A stretch of DNA of 64,000 nucleotides from the human T2T-CHM13v2.0 reference genome, Homo sapiens. Numbering within the stretch: the stretch's first letter is position 1; every line of letters begins with the position of its first letter. Below, piece after piece: positions 1 to 12,522 of the stretch. Both the position numbers and the translations under genes were made by a program. Where the stretch lies: assembly GCF_009914755.1 (NCBI RefSeq), contig NC_060933.1; one strand, written 5' to 3'. Below the pieces are notes generated by a model that worked only from the letters and a program-made list of their open reading frames with translations, was not told the origin of the DNA and did no database searches.

Positions 1-1657
1 AAGCAAGAGAAAGAAACAAATGGTATTCAAATAGGAAGAGAGGAAGCCAAATTGTCTCTGCAGATGACATGATCCTTTATCTAGAAAACCCCATTGTCTC
101 AACCCCATTGTCAGCAAAATCTCAGGATAAAAAATCAATGTGTGAAAATCACAAGGATTCCTGCACACTAACAACAGACAAGCAGAGAGCCAAATCATGA
201 AAGAACTCCAATTCCACAATTGTTACAGAGAATAAAATACCTAGGAATACAGCTAAGAAGGGAAGTGATAGAAAGAACCAATATGATTAAAATGGCCATA
301 CTACCCAAAGTAATTTATAGATTCAATGCTATTCCCCTTATACTAACATTGACATTTTTCACAGAATTAGAATAATCTGTTTTAAAATTCATATGGACAA
401 AAAAGAGTCTGTAGAGCCAAGATAATATTAAGCAAAAATAGCAAAGCTGGGGGGATCATGCTACCTTACTTCAAACTACACTACAAGGCTACCAAACCAG
501 CATGTAAACAAAACAGCATAGTGGTGGTGCAAAAACAGACTCATAGACCAATAGAACAGAATTGAGAACTCAGAAATAAGACCACACAGCTACAACCATC
601 TGATCTTCAACAAACCTGACAAACACAAGTAATGGGGAAAGGATTTTCTATTTAATTAATGGTGCTGGAAGAACTATGGAAGAACTTTAGCCATATGCAG
701 AAAATTGAAACTGGACCCCCTTCCTTACACGTTATACAAAAATTAGCTCAAGATAGGTTAAAGACTTAAGTGTAAAATCCAAAACTATAAAAACCCTAGA
801 AGAAAATCTAGGCAATACCATTCAGGACATAGGCATAGGCAAAGATTTCATGACAAAAATGCCAAAAACAATAGCAACAAAAGCAGAAATTAACAAATGG
901 GGTCTAATTAAACTAAAGAGCTTCTGCTCAGCAAAAGAAACTATCATCACAGTGAACAGACAACCTACAGAATGGGAGAAAAATTTGCTATTTATCCATC
1001 CGACAAAGGTCTAATATCCAGAATTTACAGGGAACTTAAACAAATTTACAAGAAAAAAACAGACAATCCTATTAAACAGTGGGCAAAGGACATGAACAGG
1101 CACTTCTCAAAAGAAGACATTTATGTGGCCAACAAACATGCAAAAAAAAAGTTCAACATCACTAATCATTAGAGAAATGCAAATCAAAACCACAATGAGA
1201 TACCATCTCACACTAGTCAGAATGGTGATTATTAAAAAGTCAAGAAACAACTGATATTGTTGAGGCTGCAGAGAAATAGGAATGCTTTTACACTGTTGGT
1301 AGGAATGTAAATTAGTTCAACTATTGTGGAAGACTGTGGCAATTCCTCGAAGTCCTAGAACCAGAAATACCATTTGACCCAGCAATCCCATTACTAGGTA
1401 TGTACCCAAAGGAATATAAATCATTTTATTATAAAGATACATGCATGTGTGTGTTCATTGCAGCACTATTCACAATAGCTAATACATGAAATCAACCCAA
1501 ATGCCCATCAATGATAGACTGGGTAAATAAAATGTGGTACATATACAACATGGAATACTATGCAGCCATAAAAGGAAATGAGATCAAGTCCTTTGCAGGG
1601 ACATGGATGGAGCTGAAAGCCATTATCCTCAGCAAACTAATGCAGGAACAGAAAACC
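1..1657 (+). mobile_element. Older primate LINE-1 (L1PA-type) fragment: 3' part of ORF2, decayed, with internal deletions; cut off before the 3' UTR
   Basis: Recognisable ORF2 sequence: gcagatgacatgat (ADD motif) near 60-72; ORF 972..1172 [20 protein letters not shown]...[14 protein letters not shown]. Ends abruptly at gaacagaaaacc (1657). Confidence 0.93.
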
Positions 1658-1922
1658 TTGAAATATGAGCTATAATGAGGGGCACTAGAGGTACTTGGCT
1701 TTAAAAAGACATAGGTGCAGTGACATGATGTTAGTTACATAGCCTTTGAAGTCATGTTGTGTGAAAGAGCAGTTGGATATTGACGTTGGCTACCAAAACC
1801 AATGGGTAGGCATTTAGATTTTGGTTCACTAGAAAACCTGAACTATCTATCGATTAAGCTCTCAAAAACTAAATAGACTGCTGTCTCCTAAATAAAATAT
1901 GTCTCCCACTGTGGAAATGTCA
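1655..1922 (+). repeat. 268-bp dispersed direct duplication, copy A (copy B at 6122-6389)
   Basis: accttgaaatatgagctataatgagggg...tggaaatgtca present in both places; 10 mismatches counted by eye (~96% identity), no indels. Confidence 0.95.
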
Positions 1923-3244
1923 TTGATTTTCAATTTGTATAGCTTTTATTATTATTATTATTGTAAGGCCAGGAATGACAACTTCTGAGCCCTTCACATG
2001 TTGGTGATAAATCCAAAAGTCCTGTAATGTATTTGTTTTCTCATTTTTTAAAACCAAATATTTGAAGCTATTTTATTAAGGGTTTCCTTTTCCTCAAAAA
2101 GTAAATGCATTAAATATAATCTAGATATTCTACACTCATGAGAAAGATATTTCATTGTATATAACCAGAGCTATAGGCCTACAAACATTTGGACTTTATC
2201 AGAGGTAAATAATAAGAGATAATACTATTCGTTAAAATTAAAGTATAAATTTAGATCATTTTTAATTGGTTATTTTTTAAAGCTGACATAACTTTAATTT
2301 ACAATGTAAACTCAGGAGTGAAAGAGCATTAAGTAACTCATGATCTGTAAAGAAAATTTCAAAATTTAAGGTAAGTAATGAGATTTCCCCATATTTCTGT
2401 GTTTAATTCATCAATGTTTTTAAAATACTTAAACCAGCTAAGAAGTGTGTTCAGGTTTCTATTTATTTTAAAAGTGACTTACGTATTTTTCTCACAAGGG
2501 AGGATGATTGTAGAGGAGTTTAGAGCCTGCATCGTGGTTCCAAGTTAGCATCACCGTTCCTGGTCCTTCCATCTTTCTGCTTAGTCATATTTAACTTGTG
2601 TTTATTTCTTCATGATCAGAATATGTGTCTTTCTCAACTATCATATGTATGTTCTAGGTAGAAAGGAGAAAAACAAGAATTTATGTTGTTCTGTCAAATT
2701 ATAGAAAGTTTATTTGATAATAAATCAACTGTTAAAAAGTACCCCTTAAAAGTATAGTAAGTATACAATATTAAAAGAAAGCATGGGACTTTGCACAATT
2801 GTGAAATCTATTGAGAATTTTGTAAGTTTTTAAATTTTGATCTGTGCTGTCATTTATTAATTCAGTCAAAATTTGCTTCAAAAACACATAGTTGTCAGAA
2901 TATGTAAGTGCCTTAGAAGAGTGCAATCTATAAGTAAAATAATTCTGAATATTCATCTGAAATAGTTTGAAAAGGTTTTGAAAATCTACTGTCTCTCTTA
3001 TTTCTTGTAATCAACATATTTCTCAATAGGAAAATTCACCATTTGCCATCAAAATGTATTGTCTGAAACTTCCACTGGAACCTTCATATGGCAAAATATT
3101 TAGGCATTCTGAGGAGATGCAAAGTTTGCTAAGCAGAATAAATGTGTTTTAATATTTAATAATTATAAATGATATTTGGAAAATTATAAAGATGTTCTTA
3201 GTTCAATTAATAGAGTAAGATTTATATATCTATTAAGAGTGCTG

Positions 3245-3546
3245 GGCCAGACAGGGTGGCTCACGCCTGTAACCCCAGCACTTTGGAAGCCCGAGACGGG
3301 AGGATCACCTGAGGTCAGGAGTTTGAGACCAGCCTGGCCAACATGGTGAAACCCCATCTCTACTAAAAATACAAAAATTAGCAGGGCATGGTGGTGCTTG
3401 CCTGTAATCCCAGCTACTGAGGAGGCTAAGGCAGGAGAATTGCTTAAACTCGGGACATTTCAATGAGCTGAGATCTAAGCCACTGCATTCCAGCCTGGGC
3501 AACACAGTGAAACTCCGTCTCAAAACAAAACAAAAAAAAAACAAAA
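3245..3546 (+). mobile_element. AluS element with a short deletion in the right arm
   Basis: ggccagacagggtggctcacgcctgtaa...cacctgaggtcaggagtttgagacc...A-rich tail; approximate TSD aagagtgc/aaaagtgc. Confidence 0.93.
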
Positions 3547-3968
3547 GTGCAGGCAACACATTATAATCAATATTAAAAGTTTTTATGTTGAAAGATGGAT
3601 AAGAATTAAAACTTTGATTTTTCAACTGAGATATTTAGTTGAGATATTTGAAATTACTGGAAAGCAAAAGGAAATTTTAATGTACTGCGGAGTAGCCTAG
3701 GGTAGTATGTGTATGTATTTCTACTAAATGCAAAAGAAAGTACCAGATAAAAATGCAATAGGCTTCTACTTCTAGTTCAGGATGGGAAAAGATGGGGAAG
3801 ACCAAAAAAGATCTGCATAATGCACAAATCCATGTGATTTCTGAAGGGAGTGGACACGATCAGTCTTGATAAACTGATAACTAGTTAGTGGATCTGCAGG
3901 TTTCATCTGAGGTATTTTCTTTTAGATGATTTGTGTAGTGACTAAAAAACAGTCAATACATTTAAATA

Positions 3969-4039
3969 AACTGCACATTGTGCACATGTACTCTAAAACT
4001 TAAAGTATAATAAAAAAATAATACAATAAATAAATAAAC
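3969..4039 (+). mobile_element. Extremely 5'-truncated L1PA 3' terminus (~70 bp) with A-rich tail
   Basis: aactgcacattgtgcacatgtactctaaaacttaaagtataataaaaaa matches the L1PA 3' end (compare 47143-47200). Confidence 0.85.
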
Positions 4040-5465
4040 TTATTTTCTGGTTTAGTAATTGAGGTTGGCCAATGTCTATTATTAATTGTTAACTATTTCC
4101 TAATCAATAATCTGTCTTATATTAAACTGTACATACACTTTACAAGAAATTTCAGTTACACTCACACATAACTGAATAACATATTTAATGCTTATATAGG
4201 CATGCATATAATGTTAAAATCTAGATATAAAAATAAGAAAATGAAACCATAATTTTTAAGTAATGGAACTTGTTCCAAAAGATCAAATGTGGTTATGCAT
4301 TGGTATGACAATTCTGAATCCTGCACTCAGGCAGCATCTGAACACTGTTTTATTAGCTATCAATAAATTGTCTGCACTGCAGGCCGATGATGGTTTAAGG
4401 ACAGCAGTGTTAATAATAATGTTCAAAGTGTCAGTCTGGAGGGGAGGCAATAATTGACTGTATGAGACTATTAAGCTATAAAAACAATGTTTTATTTTGA
4501 GCATCAAAATATGATAGACAGAGCTTCAAATGCTCTTGGTGAAGTCATTATTAACACATACAAAACTGATTTTCATTCAACATTTACTGTAGAGAAAATT
4601 ATATTCCATCAGGCTTTAAAATTGAGAAGAAAACAGAAAGAGTAAGTCTTAAATTCCTTTCTTCCTCACCTTCCTCCTTCACCTAGTTTGCCTGCGGACC
4701 TACACTGTTACATTCCCACATACCTCCTGTGTGTATTTCTTTGCAGATCATTTACCTTACATTTCTACATTTCCCCTTAATTTTTTCCTCATCAATAGAT
4801 GAGAAAAAAAATTTGTTAAATCATGGTAGATGAATATGGACCAGATCATCTCATGAACTACGTTCAATCATTGGTTTTACCTTTCAAAAAATTCTGAATG
4901 AAATATGTAATAATTTAATATTCTAAAACTTTATTTTTTCAGGAATATTTACATATATTCACCCTTCCTTCTAAAACAGTGGCCAGAGCAGTTAGAAAAC
5001 AAAAGCATGAGAAACAGTAACTCTTAGAGTTGTATTATGCCTGTATGCCTTCCCAGTTCTGCAAAGATTATGAGGATTTTTTTAGGTCTGTACATAGTTT
5101 TAAAATATCCTAAAACAATCCACATAAATAAACTCATTACCATAATAATCTGCAAGATAGACATTGTCATCCTCAAGTAATATCAAATAAATCTTATTTG
5201 CCTGCAAGATCTGAATCTGAAAATCCCAAAGCTCAAGTTTACCTAGCTAATAGGTAGTAAGACTGGGGCCTCAATCTGGTTTATCTAATTCTGAAAAGTG
5301 TTTTGCTATAAAAGCACTATAGGAAATAAAACATTAGACTTTATACCTTTAGATAATAAGAATATTTATGTCATTGAACCTGAAAAGATACTGTTTAACT
5401 TTCATGTTCTACTTGTCATTTTTCTTTTCTGCTTTTATATGTAATTTAGGTAATAGATACCCAGG

Positions 5466-5905
5466 AATCAACTTAAATTCCCATCAGTGGTAGACTGGAA
5501 AAAGAAAGTACGGTACATATACACCATGAATTACTATGCAGCCATAAAAAAGAATGAGATCTGTCCTTTGCGGCAACATGGATGGAGCTTGGAGGCCATT
5601 ATCCTTAGCAAAGTAACACAGGATCAGAAAACCCAATACTCCCTATTTTCACTTATCACTGGGAGCTAAATAATGAGAACACATTGACTGAAAGAGCAGC
5701 ACAATAGACACTAGGGTGTGCTTGAGGGAGGAGGATGAGAGATGGGTGAGGTTCAGGGAAAAAAAAATTGTTGGGTACTATGCTTACTACTCAGGTGACA
5801 AAATAATCTGTACATCAAACCCCTGAGTCACGAATTTACCTAAAGAACAAACCTCCACACGTTCCCATGAACCTAAAAGTTAAAATATTTAAAATAATAA
5901 TAATA
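5466..5905 (+). mobile_element. Old L1 (L1PA/L1PB-type) 3' end: ORF2 C-terminus and 3' UTR
   Basis: ORF 5487..5669 YIYTMNYYAAIKKNEI...LEAIILSK; 3' UTR ending ...gaacctaaaagttaaaa. Confidence 0.85.
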
Positions 5906-5914
5906 ATTTTAAAA

Positions 5915-6085
5915 TGTGAAATGTTGTGATAATTACTAAAATGTCAAATAGAGACACAAGGTGAGCACGTTGTTGGAAAAATAGAATGAATAGACTTGCT
6001 TGATGCAAGATTGCCACAAACCTTCAATTTGTGAAAAATGTGTTATTTGTGAAGAGCTATAAAGTGAAGCACACGCAAAAAAAGT
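5915..6085 (+). mobile_element. Tigger1-like (TcMar) DNA transposon 3' fragment
   Basis: agagacacaaggtgagcac..gttggaaaaat..tagacttgct..gttgccacaaaccttcaatttgtgaaaa resembles the Tigger1 right end as I recall it. Confidence 0.65.
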
Positions 6086-6121
6086 GAGTTTGATTAATGC
6101 AATTCATTGTTGCTGAAAGAT

Positions 6122-6389
6122 ACCTTGAAATATGAGCTATAATGAGGGGCACTAGAGGTACTTGGCTTTAAAAAGACATAGGTGCAGTGGCATGATGTTA
6201 GTTACATAGCCTTTGAAGCCATGTTGTATGAAAGAGCAGTTGGATATTGACGTTGGCTACGAAAACCAATGGGTAGGCATTTAGATTTTGGTTCAGTAGA
6301 AAATCTGAACCATCTATCGATTAAGCTCTCAAAAACTAAATAGACTGCTGCCTCCTAAATAAAATATGTCTCCCACCATGGAAATGTCA
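6122..6389 (+). repeat. 268-bp dispersed direct duplication, copy B (probable donor)
   Basis: Near-identical to 1655-1922. Confidence 0.95.
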
Positions 6390-7504
6390 AGCTAGGGTCA
6401 CAATTCAAGTAATGTAAATATGAATCTAATGACTTCCAAGATGCTTTTCCAACTTAAAGTGTTAGACAAGTACCTTTTAAAACAGTATACCATTTGAATT
6501 ACCTGCAACCATTTTAATATTTCTGAGAGGGTTTTTTTTGTGTGTGCTCCTTCTTTCATCACATGGAGAGTTATTTTGCCTTTTAGGGTAAAATATAAAA
6601 ACAAATGCACGTCACAATATGATGTGGCAAACCTTACCCAGAAGCCTTAGTGATGTTGTTGCGATGGTATTAGCATGCACAGAGTATGCAACTCGCAGCT
6701 CTGCTGTGTGCACTTGTTCTTTTGCTTTCTCTCATGTGTTCTGCTCCATATATTTTAAGAGAGTTTAATGTGGGTGTTCCAATTCAATCCCATTAGAGTA
6801 CTATGTATATTATTGTTACCAAACCTTGCCTTCATAATCATTCCTAAGTATGTGGTCTATTGAAAAGCAATCATTTATATCTTTAGGAGGATGAATGGGA
6901 AGTCACAGATCTAGAACAATAATCAACTTGAACTCATGCTGCTAGCACAGGTATGGATTTTTAATATAATCTCAGGCAGGGAAGTGCTTGCAGGCATGTT
7001 TTCTCAGTCAGGAGCTGAGAGCATATGCACGATGGCAGACACAAGGTAACTACCCTTTGGCTGGTTGAAAGATGAAGTCATTATAAAGCTGGATTTTAAA
7101 CCAAATGTAGTGCTGGCTGCTGTCTGAACTTACCTAAAACATACACTATATTTTAAAAAGAAGGCTGAGAGTCACAGAAGTAAAACAAATAAATTCCAAA
7201 GTTGGTGTTTTATATTATCATTTATCTGCAATAAGTGATAATTGATATTCCAAAAATATACTTTGCTTTGAATTCAAATTGTTTATTTTGAACAATTAGT
7301 GAGTTCATCTCTGCACATGCCTAAAGAAGATAAATCAATAAATAAAAGAATAAAAATTAAAACTCTATATAATAAACACTTGATTTCTTAGTCCTGATTT
7401 CTCTTTTATTATGAAGACCAGAAGCAGAATGTTATTCTATTTTACCTAAAAATATATATATGATCTTTAGAAACTCCTTGTCAGCAATCATCTATCTGTG
7501 TGTG

Positions 7505-7506
<2 letters not shown>

Positions 7507-7550
<44 letters not shown>
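7507..7550. repeat. (TA)n microsatellite, ~22 units
   Basis: Uninterrupted tatata run. Confidence 0.97.
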
Positions 7551-7554
<4 letters not shown>

Positions 7555-7806
7555 ATACAAACAATATGTATCACATTTATATGTTATCAAGCACAATCAT
7601 ATAATAAACTCACAAATGTCCAACTCCAAAACTAGAAAATTATTAATAGCTTGTACTACTCCTGTGTTCTTCCCCATCTGCCTGTAGGAATTATTTCTTT
7701 TTCTAAAGTAGTTTTCTTACATACATATATATATATCAAAGAATGTGTTTTTGCTTATTTTTCAGCTACAAGTTTGTGTCACACTGTATATAGTCTACCG
7801 TATTAC

Positions 7807-8268
<462 letters not shown>

Positions 8269-8559
8269 TACTGTATTACTTTTTATGCCTCCAGAATTTT
8301 TCTGTGTTGTTGCAGGTGTCTGTTGTGCCTTAATTTTTGCTATTGTAGAGGATTCTATTATGTGCAATTGCGCAGCAGTGTATGTATCTGTTCCCCTGTG
8401 GATGGACATTTGGGTTGTGTCCAGTGTCTCTTGACCACCTACCTTGTGCCATGCCCCCGACCCTCCTGCCATTACTCCACAATCTAGCTACATCCACAAA
8501 GCCATGACTTCACAAAACCCTGTCTTCCACTTCTGAGCTCCAGACCATATAAAAGGCAT

Positions 8560-8735
8560 AATGGTGTTTATTGAGCACTTACTCTGAGCTAGAAACGATT
8601 CTCAACATTTTACATGTGGTAGCGCATTTAATATTCACAGCAACACAAATGGGAAGTAATATTCTTATCACCGTTTTACAAATGAGAAGACCAAGGCCCA
8701 GAAGAGTTGAATATCTTGCTCAAGATCACACACCT
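8560..8735. mobile_element. MIR SINE remnant
   Basis: tttattgagcacttactctg...ccgttttacaaatgagaagaccaaggcccagaagagttgaatatcttgctcaagatcacaca (MIR core). Confidence 0.7.
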
Positions 8736-8739
8736 TTTG

Positions 8740-9480
8740 CCACCCCCCATTCCAAGTCCCATAGGCAACTCAGACTCAGCACATCCATGATGTAACTTAT
8801 CATCTTCCTCTCCAAACAATTTCCTCACTTGTGCCCTACTCTCAGTGGGGACATCTCCAATCCCCAGGCCCAAGCTGGAAACCGGAAGCCATTTCTGACT
8901 CCTCCCTCACCCACTCCATCCAAATGGAGCCCAAGTCCTGTACATTGTACTTCTCGGGTATTGATCAATCCCGGCCCTTGTCTCCACGCCCACGGTGCTG
9001 ACCCATTGTTAGGTGCCCGGCTGCTGCTCCTGGGTCATCACTTCCCAGCACTCTCTTCGCAGGCCCATCTCCACCATTTCCAGCATCCTACACACTGCGG
9101 CTCAGGTGTGCTTTCTAAACCTCACCTCACCATGTCCCCACCTCCAGAATGAAGCCCAGCCTCCTCTGCCCATCCCCTCAAACTGTAAAGTGCAATCCCA
9201 GCCCCAAAAAGGACACCCCCCACCACAATACCCTGCTCTGTCTCCTCCTCTGGGAAGCCTCCTGGCCTTGGCCCAGAGGCTGGATGTGAGCTCCCCCACC
9301 CCAAGCCCCACAGCCTCCAAGCCTCCCACTCTGCACTCACCTTCTTCCTTATAATTACCTGTCACCCATTAAACTGCAACCCTCAAAGGCAGAGCCCAGT
9401 GCATCCACTGCGCATCCCCAGTGTCCAGGCAGGGCCTGCACACAGTAGGTGCACAATAATTGTTGAAAGGCAAAATACAT
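8740..9480 (+). mobile_element. L2 LINE remnant
   Basis: L2-like C-rich body ending in the 3' motif gcctgcacacagtaggtgcacaataattgttgaa. Confidence 0.6.
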
Positions 9481-10395
9481 GAGCAATGACAGGAACCATG
9501 GGTGATACTGCCTTCTGAGCCCCAGGCAACAGAGTGATTCCTGCCTGGCCCCAGGGTCAGTGGATCCTGGCCCCTCACCCCACCCAACCTCTGCAGCTGC
9601 TTCCCTGGAGCCCTTGGAGCCCTAAGAGGCCTCTTCCTGTGTCTTCATGTGTTCGAAGGATTTCCCTCTTTGCATCTTCCTTTCCTATTCCTTCATGTGG
9701 GAGCACTCTGGCACCAGGAAGAAGAAAGAGGAGCCCAACCCCTTACCAGCCTTCAATCTATAACAAGCATTCTCAAGGGAATTAAAACTGATTCTTAAAA
9801 GGGGAGGTGAAAAAAAATCTTACTCTTTTTTACGTATAAAGCACAGAACATATACAGAACATAAACAGATGTATAGTATATCTGTGGTATTAAAATTTCA
9901 TGTGATTAAGAAAAAAAATCTGGAAGAATACTAGGGAAGGCACTAATGAAAAAAAGGCTAAAAAATTCTGATCTACCTTCTTGGGCCATGCCTTGTCTGG
10001 TCCAAGAACCGGCCAGAACTCGGGGAAGGGAACAACCAGGGGAGAGTCTAGAGTCCAGTCTCAGGATCCCCTCAAAGTATTTCCAAAGCCAGCCCCCCAC
10101 CAGTCAGCTACAGTCCTTTCACCAAAACCGCCCTTCCTTCCCCCTTGCCTGAAAATCCCTCATTCTGTTTCTGTCATTCTTTCATCTTACCTTGTTCCTA
10201 CTGAGGGCGCAGGTCAGCTCTTCCCCATTCTCCCCCTGGGGCACCCCAGTTCCCAGGGCATGAAAGACTTGAGGTGCCTCACCTCTACACCTTGGGCTAA
10301 GACATAGCCCTAGAGCTCCTGGAAGAACCCAGGAGGGAAGCCCAGCCACAGGAGGCCCCCAGGAAGTGGGGGTACTGCTGTGGGACAAGCTTCTC

Positions 10396-10401
10396 TTTAT
10401 T
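10396..10401 (-). terminator. AATAAA polyadenylation signal of the AQP7 pseudogene
   Basis: tttatt on the + strand, ~33 nt downstream of the ancestral TAA stop at 10434-10436. Confidence 0.8.
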
Positions 10402-10433
10402 GGGGAAGGGATGGGATCACAAATAATCTCTGC

Positions 10434-10719
10434 TTAGAAGTGCTCTAGGGCCATGGATTCATGTAAGGGTGGGGCAGGGTGGACTGAAGATCTGTTGGCA
10501 GGGCTCACGGAGATGAGGGTAAGGGGAGAGATCATGGGTTCATGAGATCCCATCTTGGGCAATACGGTTATCCCGTGGTCTTCATATGCCACAGAGTCCT
10601 CCAATTTCAGGGGCTCCCGTGGGATGGTGGAGCCAATGAAGACCAGGTAGATGATGCCACCTAGAGAGGCACCCAGAAGTGGTGCCACCACTGGCACCCA
10701 CCACAAGTTCTCCCCATCG
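10434..10719 (-). pseudogene. AQP7: AQP7 pseudogene exon 8 (coding part)
   Basis: Acceptor ctgcag|cgatgggg; DGENLWWVPVVAPLLGASLGGIIYLVFIG...HESMALEHF*. Confidence 0.95.
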
Positions 10720-11077
10720 CTGCAGGCAAGAGGCAGAGGCCGGCTGAGGGGGCTGATGCCCAGGACAGCACCCTCATCCACCTCGGGCCAAGACTGGTTG
10801 AGCAGAGGAGTCATCCTCAGGCTAACCCAGGAAACACCCCCAACCCGGGGCCCTGGTCAGCCTCAGCCCGATTCAGGGACAGGGTTGACACTCAGTGCAG
10901 GTGCAGGATCTGTATCTGTACTGGCCTGGGGAAATGTTGGGACTCACTCCTGCTCCCCAGGCCACCTGGGGGCTCTGCAGGACCCTCCTGTGCTGCCCCT
11001 CACATCACCCCCCACACCTCAACACACAGGGGCCCCACAGAAAATCTCAAAGGAATGGGCCTGGGCAGGGGCAGTAC

Positions 11078-11296
11078 CTGAAGACCAGTTTGCCCCAACC
11101 AGCAATGAAGGTGAAGATGCCGGGGGGGCAGGTCCCGGGACGGATTGATGGCATATCCTGTGTTCATGCCATGGTACACCCTGATGATGACCACGAGGAT
11201 GCCTATCACCAGTGCGTGTGTTCCTGGCAGTGCTGGGTTGTTCTCCTGGTCCACGATGGCGAAGAGACACAGCTGGAGCATCCCGGTCAGCCACTC
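11078..11296 (-). pseudogene. AQP7: AQP7 pseudogene exon 7 (219 nt; +1 frameshift after NPSRDLPPR)
   Basis: cctcag|gagtggctg ... gtcttcag|gtactg; EWLTGMLQLCLFAIVDQENNPALPG...GYAINPSRDLPPR, after which IFTFIAGWGK continues in another frame. Confidence 0.95.
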
Positions 11297-11506
11297 CTGA
11301 GGAGCAGATGCTGTGGAAGCTCACCTGGGCCCCTCCCCAAGCCACAGGACCTCGGCAGTGCCCCAGACCCAAGCCCACCAGCAGAGACACATCTTGGTAC
11401 AGTCTCCATCCAGAGTTCTTGTCCTGTCTATCCGGAGGGACTCCCTGCTGGCTCCGTCCTGAGGGGTGGAGGGCAGGGGGAGGGGTACTCATCCTGGACC
11501 ACTGAC

Positions 11507-11625
11507 CTCATTCAGGAAGCCCCGCCACAATGTCATGTGATCAGGAAGGTAGGTGGCAAAAATGCCAGCTGTAGCAACGGGACCGGTCACCATCAGCTCT
11601 CCACCCGAAAAGTGGAGAATGGCCG
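11507..11625 (-). pseudogene. AQP7: AQP7 pseudogene exon 6 (119 nt)
   Basis: ccacag|cggccatt ... aatgag|gtcagt; AILHFSGGELMVTGPVATAGIFATYLPDHMTLWRGFLNE. Confidence 0.95.
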
Positions 11626-11833
11626 CTGTGGAGACACAGACTATCATGCGAACCTGTCCCCAACTAAGCCCCACCAGGGTCCCGGAAATTAGGTTATAGG
11701 TTAGAGGGTGGGAGACCTCCAAGGCTTTTTTCTCCCAGCTATTTTTTACAAATCAGGACACTGAGGTCCAATCTGCCCATATTTCATAGGAGGCAGCTGA
11801 GGCCAGAGGCGGACACCCGGGCAGGACGCTCAC

Positions 11834-11971
11834 TGTAGAAGAGACTGTAGATGGTGGCAGCTGCCAGGAAGGAGCCCAGGAACTGCCCCAGCACATAGAC
11901 TGGAAACTTCCTCCAGGGCACACGGCCCAGTGCACAGTTAGTGAAGCTCACAGCTGCGTTCATGTGGGCTC
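11834..11971 (-). pseudogene. AQP7: AQP7 pseudogene exon 5 (138 nt, NAA motif)
   Basis: gcag|gagcccac ... ttctaca|gtgagc; GAHMNAAVSFTNCALGRVPWRKFPVYVLGQFLGSFLAAATIYSLFY. Confidence 0.95.
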
Positions 11972-12398
11972 CTGCGGGCAGCAGGCAAGTGTGTCAGGGA
12001 GTGAGAGCAGAACAAACAACAGTGACAAACAGTATGAGAACAACGATGGCTAGTGTGTATGACAGCATGCTCCGTGACAGAGTTCTCTCCTTGAGCCCTC
12101 ACAACCACCCCGTGAGGCAGGGACCACCGTCTTCCTTTCACTCTTAAGGAAACTGAGGAACACAGAGGCGATGGCTTGCCTAAGATGACCCAGCCAGTGA
12201 AAATGGTAGGTCGGGGGGGCCAGGAAGAATCTGGGGCAGACACGTCATAGGCACGGGGTTCAGAGGAGACTTCCTCCCGCCCGGTGGCCAGGCTGAGGCA
12301 CTGGCTGTGCTGGCAAAGGAGCTGGCTGAGGCGGGCAGGAAAGAGCCTGTTGGGGACACCTGGTCTTGCCCGGTCCGGCAGGGCCTGGGCTCACTCAC

Positions 12399-12522
12399 CA
12401 GAGGTGCGGCCTGCCACGTGCACTCCCATGGTGACTCCGAAGCCAAAACCCAAGTTGACACCAAGGTAGCTCCCAAATGTTTTATTTAGAAGCATATGGG
12501 CCACGGAACCAAGGCCGAATAC
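12399..12522 (-). pseudogene. AQP7: AQP7 pseudogene exon 4 (124 nt)
   Basis: ttgtag|gtattcgg ... acctctg|gtgagt; VFGLGSVAHMLLNKTFGSYLGVNLGFGFGVTMGVHVAGRTS. Confidence 0.95.

Noticed and set aside
2316-2370. Possible small exon (ctcag|...tttaag|gtaagt) in the AT-rich block
   Set aside because: The donor is good but the acceptor is weak, there is no recognisable protein similarity, and no partner exons can be supported.
10651-11692. 165-aa and 265-aa plus-strand ORFs
   Set aside because: Antisense to GC-rich AQP7 exons and introns; no recognisable domain.
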